Below are positions 48,454 through 59,281 of a DNA stretch of 64,000 nucleotides, one piece after another. How positions within the stretch are numbered: position 1 is the first letter of the stretch; every line of letters starts with the position of its first letter. The stretch lies in assembly GCA_963783305.1 (NCBI GenBank), contig CAWAMW010000015.1, positions 128,001-192,000 on the forward strand, given 5' to 3'. Below the pieces are notes generated by a model. It worked only from the letters and a program-made list of their open reading frames with translations, had not been told where the DNA came from and made no database searches. The position numbers were made by a program, and so were the translations under genes. The DNA comes from an uncultured Gemmatimonadales bacterium (GTDB lineage: Bacteria; Gemmatimonadota; Gemmatimonadetes; Longimicrobiales; RSA9).

Positions 48454-49482
48454 CTAATAACCGACGCGCTTGTCGACCATGTTCCGGAGAGGCTCACCCG
48501 CCCGGAATCGGCGCAGGTTTTCGAGGATGAGCGACGTCTCCCGCTCCCAGAAGGTGTGGCTGTACCCCGATGTGTGCGGCGTGATGAGCAACCGGGGCGC
48601 GCTCCAGAGCGGGTCCTCGGGCGGGAGCGGCTCCCGCTCGAACGCGTCCAGCGCAGCGCCACGCAGCCGACCCTCCTCCAACGCAGTCACCAGCGCGGAC
48701 GTCTCCACCAGCCCGCCGCGGCCCACGTTCACCAGCACCGCGTCCGGTCGCATGCGCGCCAACGCGGACGTATTGATCAATCCCGTGGTCTCAGCCGTCT
48801 CCGGAACCGTCAGGACGACATAATGGCTCGTCTCCAGCAGCTCGTTCAGCCCCGACTCGCCGGTCAGCACCGTCACGCCCTCCACCCCCACGGGCTCGGG
48901 GCGACGGCGGGTTCCGATCACCCGCGCTCCCAGCGCCACTGCCCGCCGCGCCACTTCCAGCCCGAGGCCACCAAGTCCCACCACCCCCACCGTACTCCGC
49001 GACAGCTCCCGGACCGGCGAGTCCGCCGCGTCGAACAGGCGCTTGTCCCATCGCCCCTCACGCTGTCCCCGGATCGCCACATCCAGCCCCCGGGCGAAGT
49101 GGAGGATCGCCGCCAGCACCGTCTCTGCCACGGGCGGACCGTGGATCCCCGCGGAGTTCGTGAAGACGACGTCGGAGGCCAGCATTTCCGGCGTGAGTGA
49201 CCCTCTCACGCCCGCGGCGCCGCTGTGGACCCAGCGCAGCCGCTCTCCCACCCGCAGGACCTCGACGGGGATCCCGAACCCCATGTACACCTCCGCCCCG
49301 TCCGCCACCGCCTCGAGCGTCCGGGCCGCCACCGCGCCACCCCCATCTCCAGTTCCCACCGCCGGCGCCTCGATGAGCGCCACCTCCCAGTCTGGCACCG
49401 CTGCCCGGATCTCAGCGATCCGGGCCTCCGGTAGCGCGAAGATCGGACGCGCATCGGCCAGGTCGATCACGAGCTCCGGCAC
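48454..49482 (-). CDS. D-2-hydroxyacid dehydrogenase
   Basis: GLGGLG, NVGRG, LDAF..EPL, TPH. Confidence 0.9.
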   Translation of the reverse strand: MPELVIDLADARPIFALPEARIAEIRAAVPDWEVALIEAPAVGTGDGGGAVAARTLEAVADGAEVYMGFGIPVEVLRVGERLRWVHSGAAGVRGSLTPEMLASDVVFTNSAGIHGPPVAETVLAAILHFARGLDVAIRGQREGRWDKRLFDAADSPVRELSRSTVGVVGLGGLGLEVARRAVALGARVIGTRRRPEPVGVEGVTVLTGESGLNELLETSHYVVLTVPETAETTGLINTSALARMRPDAVLVNVGRGGLVETSALVTALEEGRLRGAALDAFEREPLPPEDPLWSAPRLLITPHTSGYSHTFWERETSLILENLRRFRAGEPLRNMVDKRVGY

Positions 49483-49483
49483 G

Positions 49484-50200
49484 TCAGACCCGCCGCACCG
49501 ACCGCACGCCATCCACGCCCGAGACCCGGGTCACCACGTCCGCCCAGTTCTTCGGATGGCCCTGGATTCTGTAGGTCGCGAGCATACCCTCCTCCTGCCG
49601 CTCGATCTCCACCAGCACGACCTGGAGGTCCTTCTCCAGCACCGCACGCACCCGCCCCGCGTTCACGACGTCGGCCGCCAGCTCCACCTGCACCAGACCC
49701 TCCACATGCCGCACCAGTCTGCCCTCCAGGCGGCCCAGCACCAGCAGCGCCAGGACCACCAGCATCGTCGCGCCCACCGCCTCCCCGTACGCCCCCGCAC
49801 CCACCGCCATCCCGATCGCCGCCACCACCCACAGCGTCGCCGCCGTGGTCAGTCCCGTCACCCCCACCCCAGACTGGATGATCGTCCCCGCTCCCAGGAA
49901 CCCGATCCCACTCACGATCTGCGCCGCAATCCGCGCTGGATCCGCGACCGTCCCCACCCCCGAGCGCGCCACGGTGAACGACAACTGCGTCAGCAGCGCC
50001 GCCCCCACGCAGATCAGCAGGTTCGTCCTGAGCCCCGCCGGCTTTCCGCTCCACTCCCGCTCCAGCCCCACCAGCCCACCCAGGAGCGCCGCCAGCAGCA
50101 GCCGCGCCAGCAGGTCCAGCCGCAACGCTCCAGCGCCCACCGCCAGACGAGCGAGAATGTCTTCCATGGATCCGATCCGTCGAAGGAGCCCTCCCGCCAT
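49484..50200 (-). CDS. MgtC/SapB family membrane protein
   Basis: GLERE...KPAGLRT, RIAAQIVSGIGFLGAG, GLTTAATLW. Confidence 0.92.
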   Translation of the reverse strand: MAGGLLRRIGSMEDILARLAVGAGALRLDLLARLLLAALLGGLVGLEREWSGKPAGLRTNLLICVGAALLTQLSFTVARSGVGTVADPARIAAQIVSGIGFLGAGTIIQSGVGVTGLTTAATLWVVAAIGMAVGAGAYGEAVGATMLVVLALLVLGRLEGRLVRHVEGLVQVELAADVVNAGRVRAVLEKDLQVVLVEIERQEEGMLATYRIQGHPKNWADVVTRVSGVDGVRSVRRV

Positions 50201-50258
50201 GCTACTCCTCCCACCCAGCGGCCGAAAGGCCGTACCTCGCGAGCCCGAGGGCGAGCCC

Positions 50259-50969
50259 CTACTCGTCCAGCCGCCGCAGCTCCTTCAACAGCCCCGTCTT
50301 GTCCCGCGTCTTCTCATCCACTTCCTTGATCACCCGTGCCGGCTGACCCGCCACCACGGAGTTGGCCGGCACATCCTTCGTCACCACCGCGCCCGCCGCG
50401 ACCACCGAGTTGCGGCCGACCCGCACCCCTTCCAGAACCACCGCGTTCGCACCGATCAGCACGTCATCCTCGATGACCACCGGATCCGCGCTCGGCGGCT
50501 CCAGCACACCCGCGAGCACCGCCCCCGCGCCCACGTGACAGTTGGCCCCCACCATCGCCCGCGCGCCCACCACACAGTTCATGTCCAGCATGGTCCCATC
50601 TCCCACCACGGCGCCGATATTCACCACCGCGCCCATCATCCCGATCACGTGCTCCCCGATCTCCGCTCCGTCCCGGATGATGCACCCGGGCTCGATCCGC
50701 GACTTCACCTTCTTCAAATCGAGCAGGGGGATCGCCGAGTTGCGTCGGTCGTTCTCCAGGTGGTGATACCGGATGTTCGACGCTCCCTCCAGTACCTCCC
50801 GCACCCGCTCCCACTCCCCGATCAGCACCGTCGTCTCGGCACCCGTGGGGAACACCTTCAGGTCCTCCGACGGCTCCACATCCAGCGCACCGTCGTGCCG
50901 CACGTATACCGTCACGGGAGTCGTTTTCCGCGAGTTGGCGATGATGTCGCGTATCTTCTGATAATCCAT
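50259..50969 (-). CDS. dapH: 2,3,4,5-tetrahydropyridine-2,6-dicarboxylate N-acetyltransferase
   Basis: DapH_N-like [20 protein letters not shown], hexapeptide repeats, [11 protein letters not shown]. Confidence 0.88.
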   Translation of the reverse strand: MDYQKIRDIIANSRKTTPVTVYVRHDGALDVEPSEDLKVFPTGAETTVLIGEWERVREVLEGASNIRYHHLENDRRNSAIPLLDLKKVKSRIEPGCIIRDGAEIGEHVIGMMGAVVNIGAVVGDGTMLDMNCVVGARAMVGANCHVGAGAVLAGVLEPPSADPVVIEDDVLIGANAVVLEGVRVGRNSVVAAGAVVTKDVPANSVVAGQPARVIKEVDEKTRDKTGLLKELRRLDE

Positions 50970-51033
50970 GGCTCGGAGCTCGAGGTTCTTGAGTGACGGT
51001 TCGGTTTCTCGGCGGCCCCCCTCACCGTCCCGC

Positions 51034-51831
51034 TCAGGGGGCCGCGCGCAGCACGTCCTTCATGTCGTAACGGCCGGGCTCCCGCCCGGCGACCCAACGG
51101 ACCGCCAGCAGCGCGCCCTCGGCGAACAGGTCGCGGCTCATCGCGCTGTGCCCGAGCGAGATCCGCTCCCGTCCACCCAGCAGGTGCACAGTGTGCTCGC
51201 CCACCACGCCGCCGCCCCGCAGCGCATGGAACCCGATCTCGCCCACCGGGCGCACGCCCGCTCGGCCGGACCGGCCGTCCCGGCGCACCGACGCCAGACT
51301 CGCATCCCTCCCGCGCGCCGCTGCCTCGCCGAGGGCGAGAGCCGTGCCGCTGGGGGCGTCTTCCTTCCGGCGATGGTGGCTCTCGACGATCTCGATGTCG
51401 TATCGCTCGTCGGGGAGCGCGCGCGCGGCCTGCTCGACCAGGTCGAGGAGCAGGTTGACGCCCACACTGAAGTTGGCGGCGACGAGCACCGGGCTCTTCC
51501 CGGACAGGTCCTGGAGCTGCCGCTCTATGGTCTCATCGAGGCCGGTCGTACCGACCACCAGCGCGCGCCCGGCGAGGTCTTCGGAGCAGCGGTCGAGGAG
51601 GGAGCGGAGCTGTTCGGGCGCGGAGAAGTCCAGGACCACGTCGGCCCTTCGAACGAGATCACCGGAGTCCTCCACGGGCCGCAGCTCGGGATAGCCGGCG
51701 GTGTCATCCCCCCGGTCGCCGGTGGGAGCGATACCGCCGAGGGCGCGGAGGTCGTCGGCGTCGGCGATGAGCCGGGAGAGGGCCTGGCCCATGCGGCCGG
51801 TGGCGCCCGACACCACGAGGTCGAGGGCCAT
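51034..51831 (-). CDS. dapB: 4-hydroxy-tetrahydrodipicolinate reductase
   Basis: [34 protein letters not shown]. Confidence 0.95.
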   Translation of the reverse strand: MALDLVVSGATGRMGQALSRLIADADDLRALGGIAPTGDRGDDTAGYPELRPVEDSGDLVRRADVVLDFSAPEQLRSLLDRCSEDLAGRALVVGTTGLDETIERQLQDLSGKSPVLVAANFSVGVNLLLDLVEQAARALPDERYDIEIVESHHRRKEDAPSGTALALGEAAARGRDASLASVRRDGRSGRAGVRPVGEIGFHALRGGGVVGEHTVHLLGGRERISLGHSAMSRDLFAEGALLAVRWVAGREPGRYDMKDVLRAAP

Positions 51832-51832
51832 G

Positions 51833-52729
51833 TCAGGCGCGGGGCTCGAGGCCGGCGTCGCGTGCTGCGTCCAGCAGCCGCTCCCGCTCGTCCGGCTCCA
51901 GCGGCACGAGTGGAAGCCGCACCGGCCCCACGTCGAAGCCGAGCCAGCCCGTGAGCGCCTTGACGGGGATCGGGTTCGATACGGCGAAGAGAGCACGGAT
52001 CAGCGGGAGGTAGCGGAGCTGCAGCTCCGTAGCCGTGGCGGTGTCGCCCTCGAGATACGCGTGGGTCATCCGGCTCGTATCGGCCGGAGCGACGTTCCCG
52101 AGAACGCTCACCACCCCCTGTCCCCCCAACGACATGATGGGCAGGATCTGGTCATCGTTGCCGCTCCAGATCGGGATCCGACCGTGGAGTAACGCGGCCA
52201 GATCGGCGATCTTCGACAGGTCCCCGCACGCCTCCTTCACGCCGATCACCCGCTCGTCCTCCGCCAGCTCCGCCACCGTGTCCGGGGCGATGCCCACCGC
52301 CGTCCGGCCCGGCACGTTGTACAGGATGGCCGGCAGTCCCGCCGCTTCCATGGCGGCCCGAAAATGCGCCATGATTCCCCGCTGCGGCGGCTTGTTGTAG
52401 GGCGGCGGCGCCAGCAGGAGCGCGTCGGCGCCCGCTCGCCTCGCGCCCTTGGCCAGCCGGCTCACCACCGCCGTGTCGCTCCCCCCGCACCCCGCCACCA
52501 CCGGGATCTGACCCGACACCTCCCGGGCGACGATCTCCACCGCCCGCTCCTGCTCCTCCGGCGTCATCGCCGCCGCCTCACCCGTGGACCCGCATACGAT
52601 CAGCGCGTCCGTCCCCGCCTCCAGGTGGAACCGGACCAGCGCCGCCAGCGCCGTCTCATTCACCCCCGCATCGTCGAACGGCGTGACCAGCGCCACGCCC
52701 GAGCCCCTGAACAATGGTTCCATGGCCAT
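51833..52729 (-). CDS. dapA: 4-hydroxy-tetrahydrodipicolinate synthase
   Basis: ALVTPF, GSTGE, PPYNKP, YNVPGRT, GVKEA, NPIPVK. Confidence 0.95.
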   Translation of the reverse strand: MAMEPLFRGSGVALVTPFDDAGVNETALAALVRFHLEAGTDALIVCGSTGEAAAMTPEEQERAVEIVAREVSGQIPVVAGCGGSDTAVVSRLAKGARRAGADALLLAPPPYNKPPQRGIMAHFRAAMEAAGLPAILYNVPGRTAVGIAPDTVAELAEDERVIGVKEACGDLSKIADLAALLHGRIPIWSGNDDQILPIMSLGGQGVVSVLGNVAPADTSRMTHAYLEGDTATATELQLRYLPLIRALFAVSNPIPVKALTGWLGFDVGPVRLPLVPLEPDERERLLDAARDAGLEPRA

Positions 52730-53007
52730 TACGGGTTGTTCAGATCCAGGAGATCCTGGCGCGTCGTATCCTCCGCCGAATCGTCCGTGTCCGTGTCCCG
52801 ACCGGTCTCGTCCTCGAAGTCCACCCGGGCTTCCGAGGGGTTCGCACTGTCCTCGAACCGCCGGAAAACCTCACCCCCGCACTTCTCGCACTTCAGGTCC
52901 GATGGCGGCTCCTCGCCGCCCGTCAGCTGCACCTCCCAACCACACTTCACACACACGAGAAGCACTACATCCGCTCCGCCCGATTCTGCTTCCTCTCCGC
53001 TCGCCAT
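52729..53007 (-). CDS. Small zinc-ribbon protein with an acidic tail
   Basis: CVKCG...CEKCG; TAATG overlap with dapA. Confidence 0.7.
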   Translation of the reverse strand: MASGEEAESGGADVVLLVCVKCGWEVQLTGGEEPPSDLKCEKCGGEVFRRFEDSANPSEARVDFEDETGRDTDTDDSAEDTTRQDLLDLNNP

Positions 53008-53163
53008 TGCCTCACTCCTCTTTCCGTTCGGGGATCCGGCTCGTGGCGGCGCAAGATCTCTGCCGGTCCTGTACCCCACCGCGCACGCACGCTAGGTTCC
53101 GCCGCGGCGCTCCCCCGGTGGGCGCGTGAAGACTATCCATACACCCCTCGACCGGCAATCCAC

Positions 53164-53982
53164 ATGGAGCCCGAGAAGCTCGCCGAGATCGCGCTGCACG
53201 CGGCCCGGAAGGCCGTGGACGTTCACCAGGAGCACGCCGGACGGGTGTCGGTGCTGGACTGGGATGAGAAGGGGACGTCCGACTTCGTGACGCACGTGGA
53301 CCGGGAGGCGGAAGCGCGGATCGTGGAGCACGTGCGCGGCGCGTGCCCCGACCACGAGGTCATGGCGGAGGAGTCGGCGGATCTCGGTGATCCGGCGTCC
53401 GTACGGGCGACGTTCAATACGGCCGAGTACCTGTGGGTGATCGACCCGCTGGACGGGACGACGAACTACCTGCACGGCTATCCTGCGTACGCCGCATCGG
53501 TCGCGGTGGCGCACCGTGGCGAGCTGGTGGCGGGGGCGGTGGTGCACGGAGTGACCGGCGCGGCGTGGTGGGCGTGGCGGAACGGAGGGGCGTGGCGGGA
53601 CGGGGAGCGGATCCAGGTGTCGGCCATCGACCGCCTGGACCGATCGCTCATTGGCACCGGATTCCCGTTCAAGGTGATGGAGCTCCTGCCGGGATACATG
53701 CGTGACTTCGAGAAGGTGCTCGGCCGCACGTCGGGGATCAGGCGAGCCGGCGCGGCGGCGCTCGACCTCTGCCATGTGGCGGACGGCCGGCTCGAGGGCT
53801 TCTGGGAGCTGTGGCTGGCCCCGTGGGACATTGCCGCGGGCACGCTGCTGGTGCGGGAGGCGGGCGGGATAGTGACCACGCGGGAGGGACACCGGGACGT
53901 TCGGGCCGCGGGGTCGATCATCGCCGGGACTCCGGCTATCCACCCCCGCCTCCTGGCGCTGGTGGGATCCGGCGCCCGGTGA
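53164..53982 (+). CDS. suhB: Inositol monophosphatase family protein
   Basis: DFVT..D, AEE, WVIDPLDGTTNY, GAAALDL, WDIAAG. Confidence 0.9.
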   Translation: MEPEKLAEIALHAARKAVDVHQEHAGRVSVLDWDEKGTSDFVTHVDREAEARIVEHVRGACPDHEVMAEESADLGDPASVRATFNTAEYLWVIDPLDGTTNYLHGYPAYAASVAVAHRGELVAGAVVHGVTGAAWWAWRNGGAWRDGERIQVSAIDRLDRSLIGTGFPFKVMELLPGYMRDFEKVLGRTSGIRRAGAAALDLCHVADGRLEGFWELWLAPWDIAAGTLLVREAGGIVTTREGHRDVRAAGSIIAGTPAIHPRLLALVGSGAR

Positions 53983-54027
53983 TCGCCCCCTGGTGCGCCA
54001 GCCCCCCCGCTCTTCCCCGCCGGGTGT

Positions 54028-54055
54028 TTGAGCTTGGGCGCCGGCCGGCTAGATT
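54028..54055 (+). promoter_or_regulatory. Sigma70-type promoter candidate for PBP1A
   Basis: TTGAGC-N16-TAGATT. Confidence 0.35.
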
Positions 54056-54166
54056 CCGCCCGGCCAGCCTCCGCCCGCGAGGCCCGTCGCGACGAGCGGT
54101 GGCGATCGGGCTCTCTTCGTGGCGCCGAGGGCAGAACCGTTCCCGCTCCCCTGTGTACGAAGAGGC

Positions 54167-56389
54167 ATGAACAACGGAAAGAGCAGCTGGAAAAGGAAAC
54201 TGCTGGCCGTCGGGGGCCTCCTGGGGCTGGGGCTGGTGGGGGGCGCGGTGGGCGGCGCCATGGGCGCCTGGCAGACGGTATGCTACGACTGTCCATCGGT
54301 GGCCCAGCTCTACAACTGGGAGCCGCGCCAATCCACCAAGATCCTGAGCAGGGACGGTGAAATCCTGGCGGAGCTCGCGCTCGAGCGCCGCACGCCGGTC
54401 GATATCGACAGCCTTCCCGCCCACGTGCCGCAGGCCTTCATCGCCATTGAGGACAAACGGTTCTACCGCCATCCCGGCTACGACCTGATGGGCTACGCCC
54501 GTGCCTTCCGGAACCAGCTCCTGGGCGGCTCCGGCGGCGGCAGCACGATCACGCTGCAGCTCGCCCGGCACATGTTCATCGAGGAGGTGGGCTTCGACCA
54601 GTCGCTGCGGCGGAAGCTTCGGGAGCTGCACGTGGCCGTGGACCTCGAGCGGGTCTACGACAAGGACCAGATCCTCGAGGCCTACATCAACCAGATCAAC
54701 TATGACAACGGCTGGTATGGCATCGAGTCGGCAGCTCAGAACTACTTCGGCAAGCACGCGACCGAGCTGAACCCCGCGGAGGCCGCCATGCTCGCCGCCG
54801 TCATCAACCGCCCCGCCCATTACAACCCCCTCAAGCACCCGGAGCGGGCCGAGCAGCGCCGGAACCTCGTACTGTCGCTCATGGCGGATCAGGATTACCT
54901 GACTGAGAGCGAGGCCACCCGCTGGCGCCAGGAAACGCTGCCCCAGAGCCGAGCGCGCTTCGGGGCGTCCGAGACGGCTCCCTACTTCGTGGAATGGGTC
55001 CGGGGGCTCCTCGAGGACCGCTTCGGTCGCGACCTGTACAGCGGCGGGTATCGCGTCTATACGTCCCTCGATGTGGACCTCCAGGAGAAGGCCCGGGAGG
55101 CCATGGAGAAGGGTTGGGCGCGGGTCGAGTCCCAGCCGAACTTCCGCGGACCCACCTACGCGGAGGTACACGATGACAGCGGGGCCGACCACACTGGATC
55201 CACCCGCTACCTGCAAGGCATGTTCGTAGCGCTGGATCCCGCCACCGGCGACGTGAAGGCACTGATCGGTGGCCGCGACTACGGCGACTCGAAGTTCAAC
55301 CGGGCGACACAGGCGCGGCGGCAGCCCGGCTCCGTGTTCAAGCCGTTCGTCTATACCGCGGCCATCGCCAGTGGCATCCCCGCCTCCCGTACCGTCCTGG
55401 ACGCACCCGTCAACGTGGACCTCCCGGACGGCACCGTCTGGTCACCCCGGAACTTCGGTGGCCGATTCGACGGTGAGGTGACGCTCCGCGACGCGCTCCG
55501 GCGCTCCGTGAACGTCCCCGCGGTGAAGATCGGGATGGAGGTGGGACTGGAGACGGTCGCCCAGTACGCGAAGCGGATGGGCATCTCCGGGGACATTCCG
55601 CGGGTCCCGTCCCTTCCCATCGGGGTTCCGGGCGTGCTCCCCATCGACATTGCCGAGGCGTACACCACTTTCGCCAACCTGGGCGTGAAGGTGGAGCCCC
55701 GTCCCATTCTCCGCGTCGAGGACTCCCAGGGACGTCTGCTGTGGGAGACGGAGGTGGAGGCCGAGCGCGTGCTCGACCAGCGGGTCGCCTTCATCATGCT
55801 GGATATGATGCGGGACGTGGTGAACACCGGCAGCGCGTATTCCGTGCGGGACCCCGCACGCGGGAACATCTCCGCCGCACTGCCGGCCGCCGGGAAGACC
55901 GGTACCACAAATGACGGCACGGACGTCTGGTTCGCCGGGTTCACGCCCAACCTCGTGGCGGTCACCTGGCTCGGATTCGACCGGCCACAGTCAATCCTGC
56001 CGAACGCGGCCGGCGGAGTATTCGCCGCTCCCATCTGGGCCGACTTCATGCGCCCCATCTACTTCGACGGCCAGCCGGCCTTGGACCCCGAGACCGGGGA
56101 CTCCATCCCGGGCGGGGGCACACGCTGGGAGATCCCTGCGGACTGGCAGCCGCCGGATGGACTGCGGACGGCGATGATCGACCGCGAGAGCGGGAAGCTC
56201 TTCAGTGAGGACTTCTGTCCGCCCGAGCTCATGACCGAAGAGTTCTATCTCCCCGGCACTGAGCCCACGGAGCTGTGCGACCTGCATGCTCCCGGTCTCT
56301 TCGGTGCGCCCCTCCGCGGATTCGAGCAGGTCCTGCCCGAGACTACCGGGGATTCGGTTGGCACGGACTCGCTGCCGCCGACCCGTTGA
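54167..56389 (+). CDS. mrcA: Class A penicillin-binding protein (PBP1A)
   Basis: Transglycosylase EDKRFY.H.G, GSTIT.Q, RK..E; transpeptidase SVFK, SVN, KTGT. Confidence 0.92.
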   Translation: MNNGKSSWKRKLLAVGGLLGLGLVGGAVGGAMGAWQTVCYDCPSVAQLYNWEPRQSTKILSRDGEILAELALERRTPVDIDSLPAHVPQAFIAIEDKRFYRHPGYDLMGYARAFRNQLLGGSGGGSTITLQLARHMFIEEVGFDQSLRRKLRELHVAVDLERVYDKDQILEAYINQINYDNGWYGIESAAQNYFGKHATELNPAEAAMLAAVINRPAHYNPLKHPERAEQRRNLVLSLMADQDYLTESEATRWRQETLPQSRARFGASETAPYFVEWVRGLLEDRFGRDLYSGGYRVYTSLDVDLQEKAREAMEKGWARVESQPNFRGPTYAEVHDDSGADHTGSTRYLQGMFVALDPATGDVKALIGGRDYGDSKFNRATQARRQPGSVFKPFVYTAAIASGIPASRTVLDAPVNVDLPDGTVWSPRNFGGRFDGEVTLRDALRRSVNVPAVKIGMEVGLETVAQYAKRMGISGDIPRVPSLPIGVPGVLPIDIAEAYTTFANLGVKVEPRPILRVEDSQGRLLWETEVEAERVLDQRVAFIMLDMMRDVVNTGSAYSVRDPARGNISAALPAAGKTGTTNDGTDVWFAGFTPNLVAVTWLGFDRPQSILPNAAGGVFAAPIWADFMRPIYFDGQPALDPETGDSIPGGGTRWEIPADWQPPDGLRTAMIDRESGKLFSEDFCPPELMTEEFYLPGTEPTELCDLHAPGLFGAPLRGFEQVLPETTGDSVGTDSLPPTR

Positions 56390-56393
56390 CCAC

Positions 56394-57731
56394 TTAAGCT
56401 AGCCGCTCCACTCCGGCCGCGGTGACGCGGTGCGACACGAGCGGGCGTGGGGCGGGGTCCGCGCGCCCACCGTCGACCACGCGGATCGCCGAGCGCAGAC
56501 TGGCCGCCGCGGCCGCTGCGGACTCCTCGTCCCGCGCGTGCACCCACGCCAGCGGGTCACCCGGTTCGAGCGTGGCACCGGGCTCCACCGCCATCAGGAG
56601 CCCGACGGCGGGATCGATCCGATCCTCCAGCGCGCGCCGACCTGCGCCCAGCGCCACCGCGGCCTCTCCGATCGCCCGGGTGTCCACGCCCGCCACGACG
56701 CCGCCGGCCTTCGAGTCCACCGGCACGACCACCGGCGCCGACGGCAGACGGTCCGGGTCGTCGATCACCGAGATATCCCCTCCCTGCGCCGCGATCACTC
56801 GCCGGAACGCGTCCATGGCCCGGCCGTCATCCAGGGCGCTGCCGGCTTCCGCCCGGGCTTCGTCCCGCGTCGCCGCAACACCGCCGAGCAGCAGCATCTC
56901 CGCCGCCAGCGCCACCGTGACCTCGCGCAGGTCGGCCGGCCCGCCGCCCTTCAGCGCCTCCAGCGCCTCACGCACCTCCAGCGCGTTTCCGATCGCACGA
57001 CCCAGTGGACGGTCCATCGCCGTGATCAGCGCCACCACCTCCCGCCCGTGCTCTTCGCCGATGCCGATCATCGTGCGCGCAAGCTCCAGCGCCCTCTCCT
57101 CCTCCGGGAGGAATGCGCCATTCCCCACCTTCACGTCCAGCACCAACCCGTCGATTCCTTCCGCGATCTTCTTGCTCATAATGCTGGACGCGATCAGCGG
57201 CACACTCTCCACGGTCGCCGTCACATCACGAAGCGCGTACAGCCGTCCGTCCAGCGGCGCGATCTCGGGCGTCTGACTGATCAGCGCCAGCCCCACCTCC
57301 AGGACCTGCTCCCTGAACGCCGCCAGCGACAGGTCCATCCGAAGACCGGGGATCGACTCCAGCTTGTCGACGGTGCCGCCGCTGTGGCCGAGCCCGCGCC
57401 CGCTCATCATGGGAACCTGCACCCCCAGCGCGGCCACCAGCGGAGCCAGAATCAGGGAGACCTTGTCCCCCACGCCACCCGTGGAGTGCTTGTCGATACG
57501 GCGACCGGGATGGTCGCCGAAATCCACCCGCTGGCCCGACTCCATGATGACTTCCACCAGCGCCGACAGCTCGGTACCGTCGAGGCCCCGGAAGAACACG
57601 GCCATGAGAAACGCAGCCATGTGGTAGTCCTCGACCGCGCCCTGGTGGTAGGCGCGCAGGAATTCCTTCAACTCGCCGGCCGGCAGCGATTCCCCGTCGC
57701 GTTTCCTGCGGATCAGGCTGTAGGGGATCAC
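56394..57731 (-). CDS. pdp: Pyrimidine-nucleoside / thymidine phosphorylase
   Basis: DKHSTGGVGDK, SGRGLGHSGGT.DKLE, SIMSKK. Confidence 0.93.
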   Translation of the reverse strand: MIPYSLIRRKRDGESLPAGELKEFLRAYHQGAVEDYHMAAFLMAVFFRGLDGTELSALVEVIMESGQRVDFGDHPGRRIDKHSTGGVGDKVSLILAPLVAALGVQVPMMSGRGLGHSGGTVDKLESIPGLRMDLSLAAFREQVLEVGLALISQTPEIAPLDGRLYALRDVTATVESVPLIASSIMSKKIAEGIDGLVLDVKVGNGAFLPEEERALELARTMIGIGEEHGREVVALITAMDRPLGRAIGNALEVREALEALKGGGPADLREVTVALAAEMLLLGGVAATRDEARAEAGSALDDGRAMDAFRRVIAAQGGDISVIDDPDRLPSAPVVVPVDSKAGGVVAGVDTRAIGEAAVALGAGRRALEDRIDPAVGLLMAVEPGATLEPGDPLAWVHARDEESAAAAAASLRSAIRVVDGGRADPAPRPLVSHRVTAAGVERLA

Positions 57732-57732
57732 G

Positions 57733-59277
57733 TCAGCCGTCCGTGGAGGGCTCCAGTCTCAGGCGCGGCGGGAGCTCCGCGCCGCTACGCAGCCCGCCCC
57801 ACTCGTCGAAGATCTCGGCCATCCAGGCGTAGATGCTCCGCAGCTCTCCACGCATGGCCTCGATCTGCTTTGCCTTCTCATCCGGGGCCAGCATGAGCGC
57901 TTCCCGAAGCAGGCGCGAGAAGTCCTCCGGGTCGTACGGGTTCACCAGGATGGCGTGGCTCAGCTCCGCCGATGCTCCCGCGAACTTCGACAGCAGGAGC
58001 GCACCCCGCCCATCGACTTGCGAGACAACGAACTCCTTGGCCACCAGGTTCATACCGTCGCGCAACGATGAGACCACACAGATGTCCGCCGCCCGATACA
58101 GAACGGCCAGCCGGTCGGCCGGGAGCGACTGCTTGATCAGATGCACGGGCTGCCAGTCCTTCGTCCCGTACCGGTCGTTGATCTCCCACACCAGCCGCTC
58201 CACCTTCTGCGTCAGCTCGTCGTAGGCCTCGATGTCGGTGCGGCTGGGCACCCCGACCTGCACCAGCGTCAGCTTCCCCCTGAACTCCGGATATCGCTCC
58301 CAGAGGAAGTCGAACGCCTTCAGCTTCTCGGGCAGCCCCTTCGAGTAGTCCATCCGATCCACACCAATGGCGAGCTGACCGCCCGCCGGGCAGTAGCGGG
58401 CCCGCAGACGCTCCACCGCGGTGTCCGCCTCCGGACCGCTGGCATCCTCCACGAACCGGTCGATGTCGATGGAGATCGGGAAGCTGCGAACGTGGCAGGT
58501 GTGCCCATTCACCGTCGCCGTGTGCTCGTCCCAGTCCACCTCCGCCTGCAGCAGCGCCTCGACGCAGCGGAGGAAGTGCGTTCGGTCCGACGGCAGCTGG
58601 AATCCCAGGAGATCGTTGGCCACCAGGCCGCCGATCAGGTCTTCCGCCTGGGGAGTGACCTCGAAGATCTCCAGCGGCGGCCAGGGGATGTGCCAGAAAT
58701 GGGCGAGGCTGAGATCGGGTCGCCGGGCTCGGACCAGCGCGGGTGCCAGCGCCAGGTGGTAGTCCTGGAACCAGACGACGGACTTCGTTCCCCGTGTCTC
58801 GTCCAGCACCGCATCCGCGAACCGGCGGTTCACTCGCCGGTATCGTTCCCAGTAGCGGGAGCGGATGCGTGTGAGGGCGGGGCGATAGTGGCAGAGGGGC
58901 CAGAGGAACTGGTTCGCGAACCCGAGGTAGTACCGGTTCACATCGTGCTGATCGAGCCAGACGCGCCGGAGCGTGTAGCTGTCCTGCTCCGGTGGCACCT
59001 TCACGCGGTCGTCCTCATCCACCACGGCCGCATCCGCATCGCCGCTGCCCCAGGCGATCCACACACCGCCCACCGCCTGCAGCAGCGGGTCCAGAGCCGA
59101 CGTGAGTCCCCCCGCCGGACGCTTCACACGAATCTCCCCCACGTCCTCGCCCCAGCGGTGCTCGTACGGCTCGCGGTTGCTTACCACTACCAGCTGCTCG
59201 TCCGGAAACGCTTCCCGGAAGGCGGAAACGATCCCCGCGGCGTTGTCCCTGTCCCTGTCCCTGTGCGCTGCGGCCAC
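57733..59277 (-). CDS. otsA: Trehalose-6-phosphate synthase (GT20)
   Basis: VSNR, GGL, LWPL.H, QDYH, HIPWP, DRMDYSKG, DGMNLVAKE. Confidence 0.9.
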   Translation of the reverse strand: MAAAHRDRDRDNAAGIVSAFREAFPDEQLVVVSNREPYEHRWGEDVGEIRVKRPAGGLTSALDPLLQAVGGVWIAWGSGDADAAVVDEDDRVKVPPEQDSYTLRRVWLDQHDVNRYYLGFANQFLWPLCHYRPALTRIRSRYWERYRRVNRRFADAVLDETRGTKSVVWFQDYHLALAPALVRARRPDLSLAHFWHIPWPPLEIFEVTPQAEDLIGGLVANDLLGFQLPSDRTHFLRCVEALLQAEVDWDEHTATVNGHTCHVRSFPISIDIDRFVEDASGPEADTAVERLRARYCPAGGQLAIGVDRMDYSKGLPEKLKAFDFLWERYPEFRGKLTLVQVGVPSRTDIEAYDELTQKVERLVWEINDRYGTKDWQPVHLIKQSLPADRLAVLYRAADICVVSSLRDGMNLVAKEFVVSQVDGRGALLLSKFAGASAELSHAILVNPYDPEDFSRLLREALMLAPDEKAKQIEAMRGELRSIYAWMAEIFDEWGGLRSGAELPPRLRLEPSTDG

Positions 59278-59281
59278 GTCG

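Noticed and set aside
59244..59264. (TGTCCC)3 microsatellite in the 5' end of otsA
   Set aside because: Short and in frame (RD repeats), so it cannot cause phase variation.
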